From assembly GCA_031835245.2 (NCBI GenBank), contig JAVKOQ020000001.1, forward strand, positions 124,001 through 188,000: DNA of 64,000 nucleotides. Reading direction: 5' to 3'. The notes below the pieces were generated by a model. It was not told the origin of the DNA. It searched no databases and saw only the letters and a program-made list of their open reading frames with translations. Below, piece by piece: positions 46,336 to 57,619 of the stretch. The stretch comes from Balamuthia mandrillaris (Eukaryota). Position numbers and translations under genes: made by a program. Every line of letters starts with the position of its first letter. Position 1 is the stretch's first letter.

Positions 46336-47604
46336 ATGAAGCACCTTTTAATTATCTGCCTATTGTTTAGCTTTTTAAAGTATAATACATGTAGGGAAAT
46401 CACGCAGGCCTATCCTGTAGAATCTCTCTGTAATACTGGCCAAGATGGGTTGTTGGTCACAGGAGAATTTACATATGACTCATCATTTCTTAACCTTCAA
46501 CAGTCAACGCAATATCTCAGCGGTGAGGCCATCAAGTCAATCGAGATTACAGTTGGAGACGTTGTCTTCACTCTTGAGGACATGGTAAACCCCCGTTTGG
46601 AGTTTTTCAACACAGTGTTCTTGGGGCCAGACCTGGAAGGAACTAAAGACGGCGTATCCATTGAAGCCTCTCGAACTCAATTGCAAATTGATGACGGAGA
46701 GACTTCTACAGAAATCAATTTTTCTGATTTCCTTGTAAAGGACCATATCTACATGAGTCTGGACTTTGAAGTAGCCTTTAATGATGGGGTTAGAATTGGG
46801 AGTGGAGAAATTATCTTTGACCCTTCCCTCGTTACCCCCAATGGCACCCTTTCCATAGGGGATGACTTCGGTATTGTGTCTGCAGTATTTCTTATAGGGT
46901 CAAGCGCATGGTTCCCCAAGGATGACCTGAACTACCCAGCAGGTCCGTTTTTGGCTTTTGATGAGAACGGTCAGCTCTTGGGCGTAACTTTAGACACGTT
47001 CGTTGAAGGCTATGAATATTATGGAATCCCAGATGTGATATTTCAGATTAATAACGATCACTACAATGCTGAAGGCTTGGCTGGACTCGTCAGTGACCCA
47101 AGTACCGGCCCTGTTGATTACGTCCAAGACAATGAATACCATGTCAGCCTTATTGTTGACTCTATCCGAACTACCAAAGGAAAGCGTGTAGGCGCCCTGC
47201 AAAATGATAATGGTCTGAAGCTCTTACCTGATCCTCATGACAATGGCGTAGAGGGACTGAAGCACAACTCGGTCATCAACTGGGTTTTGCCAGCGGGTAT
47301 TAATAAGAATGATGTGGACAATGTTAAATTAGAGATGAGGGTTGATGTTTGGATCGCCCCCAATACCTGGAGGTTTGCTATCCGCAACTGGGTAACTAAC
47401 AAATGGGATCTCGCTCATCTAAACCTTGCACCAAGAGAAAATTGTATTATCACCAGTTTAAATGAACTTGGTTTTGATGAAGTTGCTCCATATTTCTCGG
47501 ATGAAAGCGACTTCAGAATTGGTCTACGAACAAGGAAGCCATTCTTTACAAAGCTGATTATTCGCTATATGTTAGTTTCTGCCGTAATGACACCATTCTC
47601 CTGA
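46336..47604 (+). CDS. Unknown secreted protein (~422 aa) with two acidic beta-rich repeats and a distinct C-terminal domain
   Basis: Signal peptide MKHLLIICLLFSFLKYNTC. Internal repeat G.F.YD...F...D...P.L.F....LG occurs twice. Intronless. Confidence 0.8.
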   Translation: MKHLLIICLLFSFLKYNTCREITQAYPVESLCNTGQDGLLVTGEFTYDSSFLNLQQSTQYLSGEAIKSIEITVGDVVFTLEDMVNPRLEFFNTVFLGPDLEGTKDGVSIEASRTQLQIDDGETSTEINFSDFLVKDHIYMSLDFEVAFNDGVRIGSGEIIFDPSLVTPNGTLSIGDDFGIVSAVFLIGSSAWFPKDDLNYPAGPFLAFDENGQLLGVTLDTFVEGYEYYGIPDVIFQINNDHYNAEGLAGLVSDPSTGPVDYVQDNEYHVSLIVDSIRTTKGKRVGALQNDNGLKLLPDPHDNGVEGLKHNSVINWVLPAGINKNDVDNVKLEMRVDVWIAPNTWRFAIRNWVTNKWDLAHLNLAPRENCIITSLNELGFDEVAPYFSDESDFRIGLRTRKPFFTKLIIRYMLVSAVMTPFS

Positions 47605-49062
47605 ACTTATTATAATAAGTATTATTACTGATTCTCTGTCACCCCACACTCTCTTTCGTTAATTTTCTCTCTTTCTCTATTCCTAATCTTTTTATTGTGT
47701 TTTGCTGAGAGAACGGACCACGTCGTTGTAACAGTTTGGGTTAATCATTTGTCGATTTGCTGTTTGTTTTCATTCTGCTGGACTTTTCAAGTGAACAGGA
47801 ACGTTATCAAGCAAAAGTTGCAAACGGATGGGCAATAATTTCGCACAAATGCAACAATACAGAAGTTTGTTTTCAGAAGATGGTTATTTTTGTTCGCGCG
47901 TATGAGATTTTCGAGTGGGTGAGCGAGCCAGCTAGAGAGAGAAGGTAATTTGACAGTCATTCTTGGCAATAAGCAGTTGATACAACGAAACGATTAAAAT
48001 CATAGTGAGACTCATTGATAAAGTAAGCCTTTGGGCATCACTCCATAGGTAGGCACACCATCAACTGGGCTTTCCCGCTAAACCTAAAAACTTCACCAAA
48101 GCACCATCCCCCAGCTTGCCGGTTATCTGATGGATTAAAAACATAATGTTAGAAATTTCGCACCTCATGAATGTCGGGACAGATGGTGTGTGGTGCGGTG
48201 TACCAGGGCACCCCACCCCCTTCGACGCCAACAACAGAGAGGAGTATGAGAACAGAAAAACTAAATGTCACCTGTATTTCAGAGGGCTCGATTTCCGTGG
48301 GTCCTTGTCGGAAATGTTTGGAGTGTTCGCTCTCTTCCACACACTCTTGAATGCACATTGCAGTTCGCCTCTTCTCGCTAGGAGAAGTACCACCTTCCCA
48401 CTATGGAGCTGGTGGCACCATCTTTCTGAGTGAGTTTTCTATCGGCGGTGGAAGGCGACGCAACAACGGTTGGTGGTAGAGGTACTTGTTCATCGAAGAT
48501 CTGTTGCAGAGAGTGCGGTTGTTGCTTCCAATCGATGGCGAAGGTTTCTGAGTATAGCTCGTAGTCAACCAGTGATCCGGCTCAATAGCTTTTCAAGGCA
48601 AGCTTGTTATCGTCAGCAACAACCCCTGATACCTTCTGCAGGGGAATCAGCTTTTTCGCCCGCGTGGACTGCAAAGTCGTTGAGGTTTTTTTTTTGTTGT
48701 TGCGAAAGAACAACGCAAAAAAAAAAAAAATAATAATAATAAAATGGCAACAAAAAGCAGACGCGTGCGATTAGGACAGGTCAGGGTTAGAGAGAGATCA
48801 TTGTGTGACGCTGAGCTCTAGGGCAGCTGAGAACGATGAAGATACAAGACAGGACTTACCTTAGAGCCAGTGTATATCCTCAAAGCCATCACACCCAGCT
48901 CCACCCAGACCTTCAGGCCGTGGTACTTCATGTAGTCTCGCTTAAAACGAGCAACTGCAGGATTGAAAACGAATTTGGGTTCCTTACGCACCCGTACTTT
49001 GTTGAGACAGAGGGCTTGCACCCACTCTAGGCGTTATGACATAGGAAGGGTAAACAACGCGG

Positions 49063-50190
49063 ATGGCCGACAAGAAAGAGTACTTACGTCTGTATCGCCA
49101 AAAGCAGCGGGCTCAAAAGAAACGACAAAGGGAGGAGAAGGAACAAGAGGAACAGCAGCGACAAGAAGAAGCTCAAGAGAAACTTGAAAGAAGGCGAGCA
49201 CAACAAGTCGCATCAAAACGGCGTCGCCGAGCAGCTTCTTCTGCAAGTTTATGCTTCCCCTCACCCTCGCCCTCGCCCTCGCCCTCGCCCTCGCCCTCGC
49301 CCTCGCCCTCGCCCTCGCCCTCGCCCTCGCCCTCGCCCTCGCCCTCGCCCTCGCCCTCGCCCTCGCTGGAGGACCTGCAACGGCACTGTAGAGAGTTGGA
49401 AGGAAAGCTACAGAAAAGAAAAAATACAATTATTCAACAACAGGTATCACAAGCTAACTTATAGAGTATGCCTTTGGTGATTCTTGTTGGTTGAATAATT
49501 GTATTTTTCCTTTAGCAAACAATTGAGGAGCTCAGCCAACAACTGGAAATGCAACGTGAGAGAGAAGGAAAGGAAGAAAAAGAAAGAGAACCACTACTTC
49601 AGCTCATCAACCGGTTGATTGAGCTTTGTAAGTCAATGAACCAAAACAATCCTTTACGATGGCAGTTGGTGGCTGTGTTGACACAAGACTGGCAGAAAGA
49701 AGAAGTCTATTCAAGATTGAGAATAAGTCGAGCAATGCTTCGGAGAGGAAGAAGAGACCTTGTACTGAAAAGACCCATTTGGCGGATTGTTCAAAGGGCA
49801 CCAAACATTCTGCAACCCAGGCGCCGGGCAGCAGCAAAGCAGCAATTCTGGGCAATAGTGAATGACATTGCCCCTTGTCCATCAGGTCGAAACTATCACG
49901 TCTATGTTGGAACTAGAAGAGGGTTCTATTTAGCTTATACAAGAGAACACAGACAACGAGGACTTATTAGTGAACCATTGTCATATGGAGAGGTGATGTA
50001 CCATCTTTTGGCCCGATGAAGAGGAAGAAGTCGAGAAGAAGCTGCATGCCTTGTACGATTTCATTCGAATACCAACCAGATGGCACACTTCATGTTTGGC
50101 ATGCTTCCACGGATACGGTCCCACGAGCTACCTTGAAGTTCACCGACCACAAAAGCTTCGTTTTTACGACAGGCGCAGACAGCAGGAAGT
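49063..50190 (+). mobile_element. Second Sola2-like copy, internally deleted, with a premature stop
   Basis: Homologous to 32083-33000, with the same intron 1. TGA at 50017-50019, then a jump to sequence matching about 33830-33960, so the catalytic region is lost. Confidence 0.85.
49264..49365. repeat. (CCCTCG)n hexamer microsatellite in exon 1 of Sola2-like copy 2
   Basis: Directly visible. Encodes (SP)n in frame. Confidence 0.95.
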
Positions 50191-50939
50191 AACTTGTTTG
50201 GTGATTGGTGGACTGTATATACAGGAAAATCCTATATAAACTCCTGTTTATATAGCTTCAATAGAGAACCTCTGGGCCATTGTGAATAATATAGTTCATG
50301 TGTTGGAAAACCAATCATTTCTCTCATTATGACTTCCTGTCGACACTTTCCCTGGATACCTCAAATTTTCTCACCCCTTTTTATTTTCCCCTTTTTCTTG
50401 TGACATATGCAAAGCACACACTTTGGTCCACACCCCTTTTTCATGTGAATAAACCCAGAGTCGCTTACATGCCATCCCTTTCTTGATCCACAGAGTTAAA
50501 GTTGCGCAGTAGGTACAAGCACAAAGAGGAAGGGATGTGTTTTGAAAGAATATTATTGTGCTAAAGAAGAAAATAACAAAAGAGAGTATAAATAGTAAAG
50601 AGAAGAGACTAACTCTAAGAAGAAACCTAGAATTGGTGAAGAGTGAAAGTAGTTGTCATTCATCCTGTGATAAGTTTGTCACCTATCAAATACTTCATTG
50701 CAACAGTTATTCTCCATCAATATATGCCCAGAACCCAAAGACAATCAGTGAACTGTGACAGAACTGACAAAGAAACAGCCTAATAGACACCAACTCAATG
50801 GGCATAAAGAAAAGAGGTCACTGCAAGAGTGCCAGTTCCTGGTCAAGAATGTATTTTTGTCGACTATTTGATAGTGAAAAACAGGGAAAATTGGGTGAAA
50901 TAATTTTAGTACATTATTTTTAGGATCTGGCAGTTGACA

Positions 50940-51180
50940 TACATAGCAAGCAAGCATTGTACATACATAGTATACACTTACTTCTCTTACTCCCTCATCC
51001 TCAATGACTTCCTGATTGTTATTCTAGTTCACAAGTGAAAGGTGTTGAATGAGCTTTCAGACTAACTTTGTGCTATCTAGCTCTCCTTTTCTTTCCCCTT
51101 TCCACTCTTATCTTTTCCCTACTTTTACATTACTTCCAAAGATTGATAAAATGCAGAACTTTTATACAGCCACTTTGAGC
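50940..51180 (-). mobile_element. 3' end of the LINE-like element seen at 61225-61990
   Basis: Reverse-complement similarity to about 61745-61985. Confidence 0.7.
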
Positions 51181-54121
51181 TACTTGAAGAGATTCATCAG
51201 GCAAGAGAGGAGCAAGGTAAGAAAGAAGGTGAAAGAAGTGAAGAAATAAGTGATGTTGAGAAAATGCCAAGAGAATAAGGGCCTCAACTCAAGTAGACAA
51301 GGCATTGTATACTGCTGAAGGAGATAAGGAAATAAGAGCAAGGCTGTGTGTTATACCACTCTCTTATAATACCTATCCCTATCTCTCCTTGTATATATAT
51401 ATAATTTTTTTTGCAGGGAAAAGACCTTGTATGTATATTTCTTGGGGAAAACATCTACATTTGTTGTTGCAGATTTTACTACAATGATAACAGCTCTCAA
51501 ACTTGGCTATGGGAACATCTCTTAGTTATGTGCTTCATGCCACAACACAAAAGTGTTCAGTCTTGGAAGGCTAATAGGAGGAGTTGGTTAAAACAAATTG
51601 TTTTCTATGGTTTGGGTCCCAGTTAATAAGCAAAGTTTCCTAAGTGCTTGACTTGAAGTCATAAGATTCCCCAGACTTCAGCAAAGTAGAAATCAAATAC
51701 CCACCGCTGCCTTTTCTCATCCTCTTTTGTGCAATGTCGTTGCCAATATGTTATGGTTAAGCATGTCATATGCCTTAAGTATGTTCTTTGCTTCTCTTCA
51801 TTAGGCATTTCTTCAACCACCACATTTGATTTATGACTTTCCTGCCTTTTTTAAATCCGCCCTGGCAATTACTTATCAACAATTGGTAAGTACTGAAATA
51901 GTAGGTGCTTACAATATCTCAGGTATGCATTACACTTAATTGCACCCAAAAACCTGTTGTCTTTGGTTTACATCTGTTTATAGGAAGAAATAGTAATATA
52001 ATACAAGGAGAAATAGGGATAGGTATTATGGAAGAGTGGTATAACACAGCTTTGCTTCTAGGTGATATGAAGCATACTTGAACCCATTCATCTTGGCACT
52101 ACAATGCCAAGGCGCTTTCTTTTGCTGTAACATTGCACAGGAAGTGTTATCAAGGTAGAAGGAATCAAAGTTTATCAAGCTTTAGATTATGGGTTTCATC
52201 AACAGTTAGTGCATATCCACTTTTAGAATTACAAAGCTGACTATTGCTATATCTTAAATAATGAAAACATTTGATATGAAAAAAGTAAGTGCACTAGACT
52301 CAAAAGTTCCTGCACTCTGCTTAAAGTGGATATTGTAGATAACTCCCATAATAAGCAGAGAGATCTGCTTCAAATCCATGAAAAACACTAGCTATTAAGA
52401 TAAAAACAATAAATCTCCTCTTACTTTTAGTTATTAAAATCTCTGTCATATTAACAACCAACAGCAGTAATAAGCAATCATAATTCATGAAAAAACTCTT
52501 AAAAGTACTTGAAAAGCCATCGAGACGTCGTAACATATATCTAGTTACTACTTATCTTCCAATTACAGCAGTAGAACCTTTCATAGTAAGTGACTCTGGA
52601 TATACTCATAAACCTCAATATATATAAGTACAAACAATCTGTTAAAAATGTCTTTCCATGAGATTCAAACCTTTATTAAACTCTTAAGAACTAACTTCAA
52701 TACTTTGCTATTTATACTTCAAAAGTAACCAACAGCAAGGACTCTCAGTCTCTTAGTCTCTTTTATTCAGCCAAGAAAGTGAAGGATACAATATCCATAG
52801 GCATATAGCCTGTAGAACAGAAAAGTAGGGCACTGGTTCTGCCTCATTCTTGTTAAAGTTCTGTACCTTGGAAGTCAGTAATGCAAACTACAACAAGAAA
52901 AAACCAGTGCTCCAGGTTCAGTATATATACTCCTAAGCTACGCTGCCTTTTCCAGATATTGCCAAACTTGTTGCTTAATGCTTTTCCTTTGCAAGGGATA
53001 CAGATCCTGGCAGCTTGAATTATTCTGCTAAACAAGTCCTATGGTTAAAAAGCCACCCAAGATAAGGAAGCTCAATCACCTTAACCTCCCTAACCATACT
53101 ATCCTACTGCTTTGATAAGGTCAAAGTCCATAATAGGAGAATGTTTCTTTTGTTGAATTGATAACTAATAGAACAGGGCGCGTTTCATCCACTCACTTGT
53201 TGTAAACAGAAGTGTTATACCACTCAATATCTATCCCTATTTCTCTTTGTATTATATTTCTTTTTTCATTTTATTAAAGGTCTTTTCCTTGCACACAACG
53301 AGTTAGTATCTGTTGGGTTGTTTCCTCACTAGCCTAAGAAAGAAATATATAAAGGAGAGATAGGGATAGGTATTATGGGAGAGTGGTATAACAAAACTTT
53401 GTATTACTACTACTTTGAGTATGTATCTCACCTTTTTCTTTCTTTAGCATCCTCTCAGGTCCAACAGGAAGTAGTTGCTGAACAATCACAGGAGGAATTT
53501 GTATTTGCATATATCAAAACAGATAAGTGAAAAACCTTTAGTCACTCTAACAGCCCTTCATCAAAACAATAGGAATTCTTTGCTAGTTTCTTTTTCTTTT
53601 CCTTCTCTTGTTCTTCCTCTTTCTCTTTTTCTTCTCTTTCTTTTTTTATTCTCCTTCTCTTCCTCTTTCTCTTTCTCCTTTTTTTCTTTCTTTGTACTTG
53701 TTCCTTGTTGGCACTGATGCTTATGGAATTGGATATTATCCTGCAATGAAATAAAAGCTTTTTGCTGTAGACTTTGCCTTCCACTAATTCTGTTGTCAAT
53801 TGCAAGTTGCTGCTTTTCTTTGTTCATAGCCAATGATCAATTCATGCTTAAATCCAACTGGAGTTAGTAGTCAAGTTGAACAATTCAGCAGATAATAGTG
53901 AAAGTCCTACTCAGTGGAAGATCATAAGAGGAGATGAAGGAAGTACAAACATGGATGCAACTGTTTCTTCAAGGGAGAGGAATGGAAGGCTATGAACAGG
54001 AAAAGGCAATTGGTGGTTTTTGGCAATCATATTAAGATGTCAAAAATTCTGGACAAATTTTTATGCAACAGTTTTGCAGCTTTCCCAAAACAATGGTTTG
54101 TAAAACCAATGGTTTTTCTGT

Positions 54122-54544
54122 CAACTGTTTATAAAGTTTCTGTTGGTCTTTATCTTCATAGTTTGTTGTGCACTTGAATCAGTATTATAGTCTATATTGT
54201 TCGTTGGGAAAGAAAGCAGCACAGCTCAACACTTTGCACTGACTGGAGACCTATTACACTGCCTGCTAGTTCCTCAGAGGATGTTAATGAAGGTATAGTT
54301 GTATTCTGCCAGCAACAGAATGCCAAGAGCTAGCCTGTTCAAGGACAGCAAAAGCCACATGGAAGTCTTTTCAACCATCTATTCGTCCATCTGTCTATCC
54401 ATCCTCTACAGTCTTGGGATCAGGCATACAGTCGTCTCATAAAGGAGAAAAAAGGTATTACATGAGTGTCTTTCATCTTTGTTATCTGTGTTGGTTTCTT
54501 CAGTGCTATGGCAGAAGAAGAGAAAAGGCAGTTAAACTGCAGGA
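54122..54544. repeat. Near-identical inverted duplicate of 63578-64000
   Basis: By eye there is only a 1-bp indel over ~420 bp. The partner runs off the end of the window. Confidence 0.92.
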
Positions 54545-54709
54545 ACCAATGTTTTTCTGATGTTCATTTGTTGTTTCATGCAGTGTAAAATTCTGTTTCT
54601 GTGTTACTTGATTGTAAATCTGCTGTAAAATCGGCTATTTATTTTTTCCTGAAAATATAAGTTGCCAACCTCTGCAAAAGAAGCACTCGTTCCCTTTTAT
54701 GCTATATGT

Positions 54710-55105
54710 CCACACTAGACAGGTGTTTAGATAGCTGTGTAGACAGTGTTTAAAAAGGTGTTCAGACAGGTGTTTACATAGCTGTTTAGATACCAAAGAA
54801 CCATAATAGTGTTCAAATTGTTTATTTTCTGAACCAATCCCAAATCAAAAAGACCCATCCACATCCTCTCCAAGTTCTCATTCTAGTTCTTGTTCTTGAT
54901 CTCGTTCTCAGTCTTGGTCTCATTCTCATTCTCATTCTCGGTCTTGGTTGCATTCTTGTTCTTGTTCTTGTTCTTGTTCTCATTCTCATTCTCGTTCTCA
55001 ACTATGCCACTGGCTTTCCTTTATTGACAGGAAAACAAAGATGAAGCATTTAGTATTTAAACAACATGAAAAGAGAAAGCAAGATGGAGCAAGAAAGGGA
55101 GAAAA

Positions 55106-55136
<31 letters not shown>

Positions 55137-55271
55137 GAAAGAGAAATTGAAAGATAACAAGAAAAAGAAATACCTGGCAACAATGCTGTAAATAGATGGT
55201 GTTGGAAGATAATCTAAAGGCAAAAAGAGTCAGTTAATGATGATAAGGAAAAACAACAGAGAGGCAGATAA

Positions 55272-55302
<31 letters not shown>

Positions 55303-55383
55303 GAAGGAAGGAAAAAAGGAATAGTTATTAGGAGTGTGAGATAGTAAACAAAGGAGAATTGACCAGTGTCTCCCATCTCCTCC

Positions 55384-55423
<40 letters not shown>

Positions 55424-55595
55424 TCTCTCTCATTTCGTCTGTCTCCTCCTGTCTCCCTCTAAGAGATGTCTCAGTCTCTGAGTTGCTTTTCAGAAGATGG
55501 GAGACAGGAAGAGAGGGGAGAGGGGAGAGGGGAAAGGGGAGAGGGGAGAGGTGAGAGGGGACACAGAAGACAGGAGACAGAATGCAGCAGAGGGG

Positions 55596-55629
<34 letters not shown>

Positions 55630-57200
55630 AGGGAGGAGATGGGAGACAGAAGACAGGAAACAGGAGACAGGAGACGGATGACAGGAGACAGGAGACAGGA
55701 GATGGGACACGGGAGACAGGAGATGGTAGACAGGAGACGAGAAAACAAAAGGAGACAGGAGAGAGGAGAAAGCAAAGAGCAGAGAGCAGAGAGCAGAGAG
55801 CAGAGATCAGAGAGACAGAGAGCAGAGAGCAGAGAGCAGAGAACAAGATGTATGGTGGAGGACCCGACTGGTACTATGAGGGAGAAAAAGAGAAGCAGTT
55901 GAAAAAGAACAAGATACTAATGGTGTTGTATCATGAAGGACTGGACTGGTACTATGACAGAGAAAGAGAGAGAAAAAAACAAAGAAAAACAGAGATTCAA
56001 AGACAAAAGAGACAGAGAACATCAAAAGAGAGGAAAGAGAAGCAAAAAATATCGTACACTGAGTTTGTAAATAGCTTGCTTCTTGTCCTAATCGCTTTCC
56101 ATCTCAATGCTTTGTTAACTGGCTCCTGGTTCCTCGTTGGTTTTCTGCATGAGAGCTCATCCTACGGCACTGTGACGAGAGAAAAATGAGTGAGTGGGAG
56201 AGTGGTGAGTTGGGCACAGGAACAACAGAGAGGTGCTTGACTACATTGGGGGTGGTGGAGGAAGGGTGAGCAAAAGGTGGAACAGAGGGCTGCCACCTCC
56301 ACCAGGAGTGAATCAATCTTGGTGTTAGGCGTTATGGAGGTCCTTGTGGTGCTGGTCGCACTCAGTCTTCTGACAGGCTTGTGTTTTGAGCTATGTCCGG
56401 AGCACCTCTTGGTGGAGCCCTTGGGTAACATCACACAGTGCCCAGATGCTGGTATAAACGGCCATGTGGAACATATAGCTGAGCTGTTTGAGGTGTGGAT
56501 GTGGTGTCTTCATCATCGTCATTGCTTGTAGAGGAACGCCACGAGAGTAGATGTCAAGTATTCCATGTTCCTCTCCCATGTTTATGGTTGCGGAGCCTTC
56601 ACAGCTCATGGCTGATCGAGAAGTTCGACCAGCCCTCTGAGACACCTAATCTAGCATGGCTCAGTCTCTTCAAACGCGAGTGGCCTAACGCAAGGAGTGC
56701 GATCTCTTGGTCACAGATTTCGCTTTTTTAAGCCGAAGCACTGGCAACCAGGCGGGGGGAAAAGAAGGAGAAGCAATGGAGCTCCATTTTTTCACCACTC
56801 TTGGTTTTCAAAGGACACTTGATTTTTTTCATTGATCCTTTCTCTTTTGGTAACCTACTGCTCAACACTCTGTCGCCTCTGTCCTCTCTCCTCACCTCTC
56901 GCCTCTCGCCTCTCGTCTCTAACCTCTCCCCTCTCCCCTCTTCCCTCTCCCCTCTCCCCTTTCTCCTCGCCTTTCCCTCTCCTCTCTCTCCTTCCTCTCT
57001 CCTCTCTCCTCTCGCCTCTCGCTGCTCTACTCGCCTCTCTCGCCTCTCTCCTCTCTTCTCGCCTCTCTCGCCTCTCGCCTCTTGCCTCTATTCTTGTAGC
57101 TTGTTGCTCACCTCTTGTCTTGTTTCTCAACAAGGAGTTACTGCGATATTTGCGTTAGGGAATCACAGAGTATAGACAGCTGTTTAAACAGCTGTATTTC
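54710..57200. mobile_element. Putative non-autonomous DNA element bounded by CAGSTGTTTARA-type repeats and filled with microsatellites
   Basis: Repeated motif at 54715-54792. Palindrome ACAGCTGTTTAAACAGCTGT at 57176-57195. Confidence 0.4.
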
Positions 57201-57619
57201 ACCAACAGAGATGGAACTTGCAAATATCAAGGCCAGTCTGCTTGACCACACACTCAGAAGTGTCCAAAGTGTTCAGGAACTTCATTTTTGCGTTTTAAGT
57301 ATACCCAAGTTTCATAAGTAGTATCATTGGTTAAGGTGCCAAAGTAGCCAGTGCCACCATTTTAGGGGTCCATAGAGCCACACATCAGAGTGGATGAGAG
57401 CTGGTCTTTTGGTTTCATGCATTGATGACGTCTTTTAGTGCCTTGACTCGCTGTTGCTTACTTAGGAAAACTAAATGCAATTACTTAGGAACTTTCATTT
57501 TTCTTATACATGGCTTCTTTAGATTCATTTTATCTCTTTTTTCTTTATTTTCTCTTTCATTTAAACACTTTGTTTTGACACATTATTTTTATTAAATCAA
57601 AGTAATTGAAAAATTATGC

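Noticed and set aside
47700..48700. Possible transposase remnant
   Set aside because: Only short broken ORFs, with no motif I can defend.
54715..54792. CRISPR-like array
   Set aside because: Short degenerate tandem motifs with no unique spacers, no cas genes, and a eukaryotic context.
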